Shown: positions 15,658 through 25,225, numbered from the stretch's first letter. The stretch is 50,238 bases of DNA from Patescibacteria group bacterium (GCA_041660005.1 JBAZXG010000002.1:188037-238274); one strand, 5' to 3'. Translations and numbers: made by a program. The notes: generated by a model from the sequence alone, not told the origin.

Positions 15658-16632
15658 ATGAGAAAAGCACTGATTGTAGGTATCGACTATTATGATTCAG
15701 CCAGCCAGTTATACGGCTGCGCCGAAGATGCACGCTCGGTTAAAGCTGTTTTAGAACGTCACGACGACGGTTCTGTGAACTTTGGCTGTAAGTTACTCAC
15801 AGGAACAAGCGATAAGGAACGAGTTAATCGAGGCGATCTCAAAGACAGCATTGAAGAATTATTTAAAAGTGATTCTGAGATAGTATTGGTTTATTTTGCT
15901 GGGCATGGTCACATCGAAGCGACAGGGGGATATTTAATCGCAACTGATTCTAAACGCGGAGATGAGGGAGTCGCTTTATCTGAAATATTGACTTTCGCTA
16001 ATCAATCACCAGCAGCTAATAAAATTATCATTCTAGATAGCTGTCATTCTGGTATTACGGGGGATAGCTCTGTAAATGGAAATCTGGCAGCTTTATCCGA
16101 AGGGTTAACAGTCCTAACCGCATCCACAAAAGATCAGTACGCAACAGAAGAAAATGGCAGAGGTGTATTCACAACATTGCTAGTTGATGCGCTCAATGGT
16201 AGTGCGGCCAACCTCACTGGCGATATTACACCCGGTAGCGTATATGCACACATTGACCAATCACTAGGCGAATGGGAACAGCGACCTGTTTTCAAAACAA
16301 ATGTAAAACAGTTTGTTTCCTTACGGAAGGTAGCGCAACCAATATCCCTTGGGGATTTACGTCGCATTACGGAATTTTTCTCCTCACCCGGATACGAGTT
16401 TCAACTTGATCCAACTTTTGAACCAGAAATGAAGGGGCGAGACGAAGGAATGCCAAAGCCAAATCCTAAAAATACAGAAAAATTTTCGGTACTTCAACAG
16501 TATAACAGGCTAAACTTGCTTACTCCTATAGGTGCATCTCATATGTGGCATGCAGCAATGGGAAGCAAATCATGCAGACTAACCGTATTAGGAGAACACT
16601 ATAGAAGACTTATAGAGAAAAATAGAATTTAG
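15658..16632 (+). CDS. Caspase-fold (peptidase C14) protease with an unknown C-terminal domain
   Basis: ALIVGIDYY..., catalytic His in VYFAGHGH and Cys in [10 protein letters not shown]. The last ~110-130 aa have no recognisable motif. The ATG is 1 nt after the TIR gene stop. Confidence 0.8.
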   Translation: MRKALIVGIDYYDSASQLYGCAEDARSVKAVLERHDDGSVNFGCKLLTGTSDKERVNRGDLKDSIEELFKSDSEIVLVYFAGHGHIEATGGYLIATDSKRGDEGVALSEILTFANQSPAANKIIILDSCHSGITGDSSVNGNLAALSEGLTVLTASTKDQYATEENGRGVFTTLLVDALNGSAANLTGDITPGSVYAHIDQSLGEWEQRPVFKTNVKQFVSLRKVAQPISLGDLRRITEFFSSPGYEFQLDPTFEPEMKGRDEGMPKPNPKNTEKFSVLQQYNRLNLLTPIGASHMWHAAMGSKSCRLTVLGEHYRRLIEKNRI

Positions 16633-17086
16633 TGTTTGAAGTTGGTGTAATTCATCCCTCTTGGCCCCCTGTCTGCTATCCAAAATGGAAAAAGAAAGTT
16701 GAAATTTTTTTGGGATAATCCCATAGGATCGGCGTAGGTAATGACAAACGTAGAGAACCGGAAGAATGGTCGTGCTGTTTGACCCGCCTACATCTGAAGA
16801 AGTATGGCGGGGAGTTCACGGCCATCGCTTCTCGGAGTGCAGTCATGCCCCAGCCGAGTCCTTTGGGTGTCATTTTCTCGTTAGTCTTTTGGACAAGCAA
16901 AAGAGTAACAAATAGTCGCGAGGGCGTAGCCCGAGGACGTTATGATTTCTAATTTGTAATTGAAACAAAGAAATAGACAAACTACAGCCCCGTCAAACGG
17001 GACGAGGTTTATTGAGCGACAGACTCAAAGCCGCTCGTTGTCCGCGTGGACAAACCACTCTCCCCACGTTAAGATAGCTACTACTT

Positions 17087-20017
17087 ATGACTGAAAAGAA
17101 CGAAGAAAAAAAGGAAGAACCGCAAGGGTTACCAAAGCTCGAAGAAGACGTGCTCAAGTTTTGGGAAACTGAAAAGATTTTTCAGCGTTCCATAGATGAA
17201 CGACCTAAAAATAAGCCGTTCATTTTTTATGATGGCCCGCCTTATGCTACAGGACTACCGCACGTCGGGCATTTACTCGCTTCAACAGTAAAGGATGTCG
17301 TTCCTCGCTATAAAACAATGCAAGGGTATCGTGTTGAACGTCGTTTCGGTTGGGATTGTCACGGTCTCCCTATTGAAGTGCTCGTTGAAAAGGAGCTTGG
17401 CATCAATAGTAAAAAAGAGATCGAATCTCGTGGCATCGCGGCATTCAACGAAAAGTGTCGCGAAGTAGTGTTGCGCTACGTTGCAGAGTGGAAGAAAACT
17501 ATCACGCGCCTTGGTCGTTGGGTTGACTTTGAGAACGACTACAAAACGATGGACTTACCATACATGGAGTCGGTGCTGTGGGTATTCAAGCAACTCTACA
17601 CAAAAGGTCTCGTCTACCAAGACTACCGTTCCAGTTTGTATTGTACGCGGTGCGAAACGCCACTTTCCAAAATGGAAACAACGATGGACAACAGCTATGA
17701 AGATGTTGAAGATCCATCTATTTATGTAGCTTTTGAAATTCAAAATAAACCAAATACCTATTTTCTGGTTTGGACTACTACCCCGTGGACACTATCAGCA
17801 AATTTGGCTTTAGCCGTTGACGCCAAAGCAGAATACGCTGAGGTAGAACTAACTGCCGGAGAAGAGCCGTGGGTTGGTCGCCGCCTTATTCTAGCCAAAG
17901 AGCGATTAGCCGATGCTTTGACAGAGGGAACTTATGCAGTTAAAGGAAGCTATGTGGGCCAAGACTTTTTAGGCTGGGAGTATAATCCCGTTCAAAAATT
18001 TATTGAACCTGAAAAGCCAGCTTACAAAGTAGTGGCCGCAGATTTTGTAACCTTAAATGAAGGTACTGGAATTGTGCACATTGCTCCGGCGTTTGGCGAA
18101 GACGACTTTGACCTCGGCAGAAAAGAAGGTCTTCCGGTTCTCTTAACAATTGATGACTCTGGGAAGTTTTTACCAGCCATTACGCCGTGGGCCGGGCAAT
18201 ATGTAAAAGCCGCAGATGAATCAATCATAGAAGCTTTGCGCCGTCGGAGTATCTTATTTAGTAGCGGCACAGTCACGCACAGCTATCCATTCTGTTGGCG
18301 CTGCCATTCTCCGCTCATCTACAAAGTTCAACAGTCCTTTTTTGTAAAAGTGAGTGAATTAAAAGAATCAATGTATGCAACGAATGAGGAAATACATTGG
18401 GTTCCACAGCATCTTAAGGAAGGACGTTTCCGTAAAGGGATAGAAACAGCTCCCGATTGGGGTATTTCACGGAGTCGTTATTGGGGCGTACCTTTGCCTG
18501 TCTGGCGGTGTGACGTTGAAGCTTGCAAAAATGAATCAGTTGCGGGAAGTCTTGATGACATTGAAACTTTCTCTGGAACGAGACCAAATGATTTGCACCG
18601 GCCGACCATCGACGATGTCACTTGGCCTTGTACCTGTGGTGGCACTATGCGTCGGGTGAGTGAAGTGTTTGATGTTTGGTTTGATTCTGGTTCCATGCCC
18701 TATGGGCAGGTGCATTACCCGTTTGAAAACAAAGAACAGTTTGAGGCAACATTTCCAGCAGAATTCATCACAGAATATATTGGCCAGACACGGGGTTGGT
18801 TTTATTATTTGCATGTTTTGGCAAACGCCTTGTTCCAGAAACCGGCTTTCAGACACGTGGTAAACACCGGTATTATTCTGGCAACTGATGGCACAAAGAT
18901 GTCGAAGTCAAAAGGAAACATGCCTGACTCTAATCTTTTGCTGCAAAAGTATGGCAGCGACGCATTGCGACTTTATCTTGTGGCGTCACCGGTTATGCAA
19001 GGAGAGAATGTAAATTTTGATGAAGCGGGCGTTGCTGAAACATTGCGTCGGGCACTCTTACCGTTGTGGAACGTGTATTCGTTTTTTGCGCTGTATGCGC
19101 CGACGAGCGGCACGCTTTCTTTGAAGGAAAATCCGAAGCAGGTGCTTGACCGTTGGGTACTGGCGAAACTGGAAGAGTTAAAGAAAGAAGTGGGCGCAGG
19201 GATGGAGGCGTACGAATTATGGCGCGCCGTAAAACCCATCCAGCCGTTTATTACTGATCTTTCTACTTGGTATGTGCGACGTTCTCGTGATCGATTCAAG
19301 GGTACCGACGAAGAAGATAAACAAGCGGCTCTTGCGACTCTTTTTACGGTTCTTTTGGAAACGAGCAAAATCATCGCGCCGTTCACTCCTTTTATCGCTG
19401 AAACGTTGTATCAGCGGCTCCGACCATTACTGCAAGATGCAAAGGACTCCGTACATTTGGAAGCGTGGCCTGAGATAATTTCAAAAAACGAAGACGATGC
19501 ACTGCTTGTTGACACTATCCTGGCTCGTCGCGTCATTGAAGTAGGGCATGCCCTACGAGCACAGGAGAAAATAAAAGTGCGACAACCGTTGGCAACCATG
19601 AGCGTTGTTGGTGCAACGTTGTCAGAAGAAATGCAAAAGGTTGTGCTTGAAGAATTAAACGTAAAGACTTACACGAGTGAGCAACTGAGCCAACCGAAGC
19701 AGGTGAGCATGAATGACGAGAAAGGGTTAACGGTAACTTTCGATCTCGAGCTTACGGACGACCTCAAGCGTGAGGGACTTCGTCGGGAGTTTGTGCGACA
19801 AATTAACTCACTACGAAAAAAACGGGGGCTGACGATTCAAGATCGGGTCGTCATCGAATATACAACAGAGAGTAAAGCCATGCTCGAACTTTTTTCAGAG
19901 GATAAAGCAAGTATTCTCGGCGACACTCTGGCGACTGACCTCAAAGAAGGTTCTGGGGTAGAAATGGTTAAAGTAAATAATGAAGAGGTTGCGATTTCGT
20001 TAATACGAGTGAGCTAG
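17087..20017 (+). CDS. ileS: Isoleucine--tRNA ligase, type 2 (eukaryote-like)
   Basis: FIFYDGPPYATGLPHVGHLL (HIGH region), RRFGWDCHGLPIE, KMSKSKGN. The N-terminal pattern resembles the IleRS2 class rather than the E. coli type. Confidence 0.95.
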   Translation: MTEKNEEKKEEPQGLPKLEEDVLKFWETEKIFQRSIDERPKNKPFIFYDGPPYATGLPHVGHLLASTVKDVVPRYKTMQGYRVERRFGWDCHGLPIEVLVEKELGINSKKEIESRGIAAFNEKCREVVLRYVAEWKKTITRLGRWVDFENDYKTMDLPYMESVLWVFKQLYTKGLVYQDYRSSLYCTRCETPLSKMETTMDNSYEDVEDPSIYVAFEIQNKPNTYFLVWTTTPWTLSANLALAVDAKAEYAEVELTAGEEPWVGRRLILAKERLADALTEGTYAVKGSYVGQDFLGWEYNPVQKFIEPEKPAYKVVAADFVTLNEGTGIVHIAPAFGEDDFDLGRKEGLPVLLTIDDSGKFLPAITPWAGQYVKAADESIIEALRRRSILFSSGTVTHSYPFCWRCHSPLIYKVQQSFFVKVSELKESMYATNEEIHWVPQHLKEGRFRKGIETAPDWGISRSRYWGVPLPVWRCDVEACKNESVAGSLDDIETFSGTRPNDLHRPTIDDVTWPCTCGGTMRRVSEVFDVWFDSGSMPYGQVHYPFENKEQFEATFPAEFITEYIGQTRGWFYYLHVLANALFQKPAFRHVVNTGIILATDGTKMSKSKGNMPDSNLLLQKYGSDALRLYLVASPVMQGENVNFDEAGVAETLRRALLPLWNVYSFFALYAPTSGTLSLKENPKQVLDRWVLAKLEELKKEVGAGMEAYELWRAVKPIQPFITDLSTWYVRRSRDRFKGTDEEDKQAALATLFTVLLETSKIIAPFTPFIAETLYQRLRPLLQDAKDSVHLEAWPEIISKNEDDALLVDTILARRVIEVGHALRAQEKIKVRQPLATMSVVGATLSEEMQKVVLEELNVKTYTSEQLSQPKQVSMNDEKGLTVTFDLELTDDLKREGLRREFVRQINSLRKKRGLTIQDRVVIEYTTESKAMLELFSEDKASILGDTLATDLKEGSGVEMVKVNNEEVAISLIRVS

Positions 20018-20018
20018 C

Positions 20019-21131
20019 ATGGTGGCGCAAAGTACAATCACAAACCGTTTACAGAAACTGCGCCGTCTTCTTAAAAAGAAGCGTCTTGGTGCGTTTTTGA
20101 CGACCGATCCAACGACTCGCTACTATCTCACTGGTTTCCATGGCACGGCCGGAACGGTGCTCGTGACTTCAGCTGGGGCTCACCTTTATACTGACTTTCG
20201 CTATACCGAGCGGGCACTTTCTGAAGTGCCTGATTGCATAACCGTAACTGAAGTGAATGCTCAGGCAAAGGAGTTGATTACGCGGGAGTTACGACAAAAC
20301 AACGTTAAGCGTTTTGGCATTGAAGACAAGGCCATGACGCTCGCGAACTTTGAGCAGGCAAAAAAAGTGTACGGTCCGTTTACGCTTGTTCCTGTTGGGA
20401 ACATGGTCGAGGTGATGAGAAGCATAAAAGACGAAGAGGAGTTGGTGTTCTTGCGTGCGGCTATTAACGCGACTGATAATGTTTTTTATCAAGTCGTGCG
20501 CTGGCTGCGTCATGCGAAAAAAGTAAAACGTTTGCCGACCGAACAAGCGGTTTCAGATTACATTCGCGACGTCGTTCATGCCTTTCCGCATCATGAGCTT
20601 GCGTTTCCTTCGATTGTAGCGAGCGGGCCACACGCTGCGAGACCGCATCATGAACCAACGACCCGACGTTTGCGGTTACATGAAACAGTTATTATTGACC
20701 TTGGCGTAAAAATGCACGGTTACCATGCGGACATGTCGCGCACGCTTTTTTTAGGAAAGCCGAGTAGTGCGCTAACGCATATGTTTACCACAACGCTCAC
20801 TGCGCAAGGTAAAGCGTTTCGTTATATTCAAAAGGGTGGTCGAAGCGCACGCATGGCTGACCAAACCGCACGGGACTATATAAATAAATATTATCCGGGT
20901 TCATTCGGACATTCTTTGGGTCATGGCGTGGGGCTAGAAATTCATGAAGCGCCAACGTTGTCCGTTATTTCAAAAGATCAGCTGAAACCAGACATGGTGT
21001 TTTCTATTGAGCCGGGAATTTATTTGCCAGGCGTCGGAGGAATTCGCATTGAGGACTTGGCGCAGCTTACAAGTTCGTGCTGCCGGTTTTTGAGTACGTC
21101 GCCTAAGTCGTTAAACGAGAGTATTCTATAG
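20019..21131 (+). CDS. M24 family Xaa-Pro aminopeptidase/dipeptidase
   Basis: HGYHADMSRT, GHGVGLEIHE, SIEPGIY and GGIRIED are the metal-ligand motifs of the pita-bread fold. The ATG is 1 nt after the ileS stop. Confidence 0.85.
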   Translation: MVAQSTITNRLQKLRRLLKKKRLGAFLTTDPTTRYYLTGFHGTAGTVLVTSAGAHLYTDFRYTERALSEVPDCITVTEVNAQAKELITRELRQNNVKRFGIEDKAMTLANFEQAKKVYGPFTLVPVGNMVEVMRSIKDEEELVFLRAAINATDNVFYQVVRWLRHAKKVKRLPTEQAVSDYIRDVVHAFPHHELAFPSIVASGPHAARPHHEPTTRRLRLHETVIIDLGVKMHGYHADMSRTLFLGKPSSALTHMFTTTLTAQGKAFRYIQKGGRSARMADQTARDYINKYYPGSFGHSLGHGVGLEIHEAPTLSVISKDQLKPDMVFSIEPGIYLPGVGGIRIEDLAQLTSSCCRFLSTSPKSLNESIL

Positions 21132-21134
21132 CAT

Positions 21135-21719
21135 ATGATTGCAAGTCTTGAAGGTATCGTACTCAGTAAAGATCATCGCGCCGTTGTGGTGGGTGTGGGC
21201 GGCATTGGTTACCAAGTTTACGTCACACCAACAGCACTCGTGAGTCTCACGGTTGGAGATGCAGTGACCTTGTATACGCATCAATACGTTCGGGAAGATG
21301 CGCTGGAGCTTTATGGTTTTTTGGAAGCAGAAGAGCGCACCATGTTTACCATTCTCATTGGCGTGTCAGGCATTGGTCCTAAGAGCGGTCTCGGCATTCT
21401 CTCAATTACAACGCCTGAGCAATTGCGCTCAGCAATAGCCAGCGGGGATGTACACATTCTTACCAAGGTTTCCGGCATCGGTAAAAAAACAGCAGAGCGG
21501 TTGCTGATTGAACTCAAAGATGTTTTTGCTGCCGAAGCTAAAGCGCGTGGCGAAACAGCAAAAATGCCTGCAGGGGATGTTGAGGTTATTGAAGCGCTTG
21601 AGCGTCTTGGGTACAGTCCGATTGAGGCTCGTCGCGCACTTGAGACATTACCAGAAGATATTAAAGGTTCAGAGGAACGTTTGCGTGCTGTACTCCAGAG
21701 CTTAGGAAAGAAAAGGTAG
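21135..21719 (+). CDS. ruvA: Holliday junction branch-migration complex subunit RuvA
   Basis: MIASLEGIV....GGIGYQVYV...LYTHQYVREDALELYGF..ERTMF..LIGVSGIGPKSGLGILS, plus a C-terminal domain III. Confidence 0.9.
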   Translation: MIASLEGIVLSKDHRAVVVGVGGIGYQVYVTPTALVSLTVGDAVTLYTHQYVREDALELYGFLEAEERTMFTILIGVSGIGPKSGLGILSITTPEQLRSAIASGDVHILTKVSGIGKKTAERLLIELKDVFAAEAKARGETAKMPAGDVEVIEALERLGYSPIEARRALETLPEDIKGSEERLRAVLQSLGKKR

Positions 21720-21721
21720 CC

Positions 21722-22774
21722 ATGGAAGTTAACCGCATCGATGACGACGGCGTGTGGAATTATGCGCTGAAACAGTCTCCAAAAAGTCAGCTGTTACAAT
21801 CTTGGGAGTGGGGTATTTTCCAGCAGACCCTGCGACGTAAGGTGCATCATCTGCAGCTGGTTGAGGACGGTACGGTGTTAGCCCTTTTGCAGTGTTTTGA
21901 ACACACATTAGCAGCGGGTAAGCGCTACCTTTATGCGCCGCGCGGTCCGGTGGTGCTCGTGGACGACCCGCTCCTTTTTGATTCAATTGTGCATCATTTT
22001 ACGAGAGCGTTGCAGGAGTTGGCGAAGAGTAGTGGTGCTGTTTTTGTTCGCATCGAGCCATCAGGTTCATCGCAACTCACCGCACAATCATTTGTGTCTT
22101 TGGATTATCGCAGTGTACCTTCGGTGCAGCCAGGGAATGAACTTTTTGTGCGCGTGAACCATGAAGAACCAAAGTTACTTGCGGCCATGCACGAAAAGAC
22201 CCGCTACAATATTCGTCTGGCCTTAAAACGCGGTGTGCGCACCAGACTCATTGAAGAATTCGGCTACGCACGACGCGCCTTTCCTGCGTTTTGGAAGCTT
22301 ATTGAATCTACTGCAGAGCGTCAAAACATTAAAACGCATGATCGTTCGTACTACGAACGTATGCTTGAGGTACTCATGCCTAAAGGTGTTGTAAAAATGT
22401 TGGTTGCCGAATTTGAAAATGAAATTATTTGCGCAAACCTTCTTGGTGTATTCGGCGATACCGTGACGTACCTTCATGGCGGATCAAGTTATGAACACCG
22501 TGCATTGATGGCTCCATACTTATTGCACTGGGAGGGTATACGAATCACGCAGCAGTCGGGCCTTCGCTATTATAACTTGGGTGGCATTAGTCCTGAAGGG
22601 GCGGTGAATGATAAATGGGAAAACCTGACGCACTTTAAACAAGGTTTTGTTACACTGGGAGAGACCGGAGAGCACGTTACCTATATTGGTGGACTTGACT
22701 TGGTAACCCGTCCGCTTTGGTATAGGATGTACGGCACGGCGAAGAAAATAAAAAAGATGTTACATCGTCGCTAA
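21722..22774 (+). CDS. FemAB-family peptidoglycan aminoacyltransferase
   Basis: QSWEWG.F....., YLHGGSSYEHRALMAPYLLHWEGI......G.RYYNLGGI. This is the typical FemX/FemAB pattern. Confidence 0.75.
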   Translation: MEVNRIDDDGVWNYALKQSPKSQLLQSWEWGIFQQTLRRKVHHLQLVEDGTVLALLQCFEHTLAAGKRYLYAPRGPVVLVDDPLLFDSIVHHFTRALQELAKSSGAVFVRIEPSGSSQLTAQSFVSLDYRSVPSVQPGNELFVRVNHEEPKLLAAMHEKTRYNIRLALKRGVRTRLIEEFGYARRAFPAFWKLIESTAERQNIKTHDRSYYERMLEVLMPKGVVKMLVAEFENEIICANLLGVFGDTVTYLHGGSSYEHRALMAPYLLHWEGIRITQQSGLRYYNLGGISPEGAVNDKWENLTHFKQGFVTLGETGEHVTYIGGLDLVTRPLWYRMYGTAKKIKKMLHRR

Positions 22775-22892
22775 CCCGCCAATAGCTTCGCAATCAGGCG
22801 GGCCGGAGGCGGATCCGCCTCCCGTTCAGGGTCTGAGAACCCCTCAGGGTCTCGAACGACTGGCGGACAGCGCACATTTCTAACATACCCTT

Positions 22893-22964
22893 GCTCCCAT
22901 AGTTCAACGGATAGAACGTGGGTTTCCGGAACCTAAGATGGGGGTTCGATTCCCTCTGGGAGCA
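22893..22964 (+). tRNA. tRNA-Arg (anticodon CCG), no encoded CCA
   Basis: GCTCCCA-TA-GTTCAACGGATAGAAC-G-TGGGT-TTCCGGA-ACCTA-AGAT-GGGGG-TTCGATT-CCCTC-TGGGAGC-A. Confidence 0.9.
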
Positions 22965-23210
22965 GTGGTATGTTAGCAATAGGTTTCCGGAACCTGGGGA
23001 AGGGGTCGGGAAACCGGGAGGTTTCCCGCAGTGGAAGTACTGAAACCGCAAGGTGTCAGGGAGCAAAGCGACAAGTTCTAGGAGCTCCGCCTCCGCCAGG
23101 TGGCGGACGGCGGAATGACGGATTCTTGGCGAGGGCAGTAGAAAGGTGCGGGGCGGAACTAGAAGTAAGGTTCGATTGAGTCGAATTTCTGATTTGTTAA
23201 TTATTACGTT

Positions 23211-23789
23211 ATGAAAGATGCTGAAATTGAAATTCAAGTGCAGATTGAGGATGAGACACCTCTACGAAATTTTTTAAAAACTTCTGGTCGCTACGTTGGT
23301 GAGCTTCGTCAAGTTGATGAATATTTTACGCCACCCCATAAAGATTTTTTAGCCGAGCGCCCTGTGTCGGAGTGGCTGCGTCTGCGCGACGAGAACGGAA
23401 AGGCGAAAGTAACCTACAAGTTTGTTCATTTTAAAGAAAGCGGTGAGTCACATTTTCGCGATGAGTATGAAACTGCTGTCAGCGACATTCAAACTCTGCG
23501 TTCTATTTTTCAGGCGCTTGGATTTCGTTCAATAGTGACGGTGGATAAGGAGCGCCAGGTCTATGTGTATAAAGATTACGAGGTTGTTTTCGATGAAGTG
23601 GTTGGTTTAGGTAAGTTTACTGAGGTTGAATATAAGGGCGAAAGTAGTGTTGATGATCCGCAGCGCGTAACCGACGAAATGATTGCCTTTCTTAAAGAGG
23701 TAGGGTGCGTTACGATGAAGCGAAATTACCAGGGTTACCCATTTTTATTACTGTTTCCGAAAGAAGCCGTGTTCGAAGTTGTTACCTGA
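23211..23789 (+). CDS. CYTH domain protein (CyaB / thiamine-triphosphatase-like)
   Basis: N-terminal EIEIQV signature (the ExExK-type motif with Q in the Lys position), then alternating acidic/basic beta strands (WLRLRDE.GKAKVTYK ... FTEVEYKG). Confidence 0.7.
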   Translation: MKDAEIEIQVQIEDETPLRNFLKTSGRYVGELRQVDEYFTPPHKDFLAERPVSEWLRLRDENGKAKVTYKFVHFKESGESHFRDEYETAVSDIQTLRSIFQALGFRSIVTVDKERQVYVYKDYEVVFDEVVGLGKFTEVEYKGESSVDDPQRVTDEMIAFLKEVGCVTMKRNYQGYPFLLLFPKEAVFEVVT

Positions 23790-23790
23790 T

Positions 23791-25131
23791 ATGCAAACAT
23801 TGAAACGATTATTGCGCCGCCTTGCTCCTCGTTTTGCGATTCGAGGATATCATTTTGTTTTGGCAGAATTTGCGGCTTGGTATTATGGGTGGCCTTCAGA
23901 AAAATTAATTGTTATTGGCGTTACTGGTACGAAAGGAAAGTCCACAACAGCCAACTTGATTGCCCAACTTTTAGAAGCAAATGGTTATCGATCAGGCCTT
24001 ACCTCGACAGCCACGATGAAGGTCGGAGAAAAAGTTTGGCTGTCTGAAAATGGCATGACTATGCCCGGTCGTTTTCAATTGCAGAAATTACTTCATGATA
24101 TGGTGCGGGCGCAGTGTCAGTATGCGGTTGTTGAAACATCGTCAGAGGGTATTGAACAGTTTCGACATAGGGGAATTCATTACGACACGGTTGTTTTTAC
24201 GAACCTCACACCAGAACATATTGAAGCACACGGCGGATACGAAGCGTATCGTGGGGCAAAAGGAAAACTCTTTACGCACCTTCGAAACCTGCCGACAAAA
24301 CAGTTGCATGGCGTACTGATGCCGAAGCGCGTCGTCATCAACAGAGATGCCAGTGAATATGATTTTTACCATGCTTTCAATGCCGGTGAAGAGTGGTGTT
24401 TTGGTTTAGGGTCGGGCGAAGTTGAGAGTACTCAACATCTCGTCACTGGCAAAGTTTTGAATCTTGCAAAGGATGGGGCAACATTAAAAGTGCTGGGTCG
24501 GGAAGTGCACTCACCGTTCCTGTTTGCTTTTAATGCTGTGAATGTACTTGCGGCGTTGACCGCTTGTCTAGCGCATGGACTACCAAGCGATGGCCTGCTT
24601 GCTTCGGTTCCCGGATTAGCGCAAGTTCCTGGCAGGCAAGAATTCATTCAAGAAGGTCAGCCCTTTACGGTACTCGTTGATTATACCTATGAACCCACCT
24701 CCATGCGGGCGTTCTATGAGCATCTTTCCGTTGTGCCGCATAAGCGGTGCATTCATGTGCTTGGATCTACTGGCGGGGGACGGGACAAATGGCGTAGACC
24801 GGTGATGGGTAGTATTGCCGCAAGCAATGCGGACGTTGTTATTGCTACTACTGACGATCCCTACGACGACGATCCTTCAGTACTGACTGATGAACTTGTT
24901 GCGGGCGCCGAAAAAGTGAAAGCTGCCGGTCGGCCCGTTGAAGTGCTTAAAATAGTTAATCGCAGGGAAGCCATTATTGAAGCCTTTCGCCTCGCCATGC
25001 CCGGGGATCTCGTTCTTATTACGGGTCGCGGTGCGGAGCAAAAAATGGCTGTGGCTGGTGGCCGGTACGAGCCTTGGGACGATCGGCAAGTCGCAAGAGA
25101 AGCCCTGCGCGCACTTCTCCGTACGCTTTAA
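23791..25131 (+). CDS. Mur ligase family protein (MurE-like)
   Basis: P-loop GVTGTKGKSTT, then ETSSEG......YDTVVFTNLTPEHIEAHG and GRG.E. ATG 23791 is preferred over TTG 23779. Confidence 0.8.
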   Translation: MQTLKRLLRRLAPRFAIRGYHFVLAEFAAWYYGWPSEKLIVIGVTGTKGKSTTANLIAQLLEANGYRSGLTSTATMKVGEKVWLSENGMTMPGRFQLQKLLHDMVRAQCQYAVVETSSEGIEQFRHRGIHYDTVVFTNLTPEHIEAHGGYEAYRGAKGKLFTHLRNLPTKQLHGVLMPKRVVINRDASEYDFYHAFNAGEEWCFGLGSGEVESTQHLVTGKVLNLAKDGATLKVLGREVHSPFLFAFNAVNVLAALTACLAHGLPSDGLLASVPGLAQVPGRQEFIQEGQPFTVLVDYTYEPTSMRAFYEHLSVVPHKRCIHVLGSTGGGRDKWRRPVMGSIAASNADVVIATTDDPYDDDPSVLTDELVAGAEKVKAAGRPVEVLKIVNRREAIIEAFRLAMPGDLVLITGRGAEQKMAVAGGRYEPWDDRQVAREALRALLRTL

Positions 25132-25225
25132 GCTGTACGCCATACGTAGTATGATGAATGAAGTGAACTGCCCTCGATTCGTACCTCGTAAAGCGTAAAG
25201 CATATAGCGTTATAATTTTCTATCC

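Noticed and set aside
16900-17086. T-box riboswitch leader for ileS.
   Set aside because: There is no T-box sequence (..GGGUGGUACCGCG), no specifier-loop/AG-bulge architecture and no terminator directly before the start codon.
22975-23190. RNase P RNA (or SRP RNA, tmRNA) next to tRNA-Arg.
   Set aside because: Two stretches vaguely resemble RNase P S-domain motifs. However, GGAAAGUCC (CR-I), the ACAGAA.CCGGCUUA (CR-V) element, the SRP GGAA-tetraloop/AGCA motif and a tmRNA tag/T-arm are absent on both strands.
22794-23237. 147-aa minus-strand ORF and the plus-strand ORF 22970-23179.
   Set aside because: They run straight through tRNA-Arg and GC-rich hairpins and have a low-complexity Arg/Pro/Leu composition.
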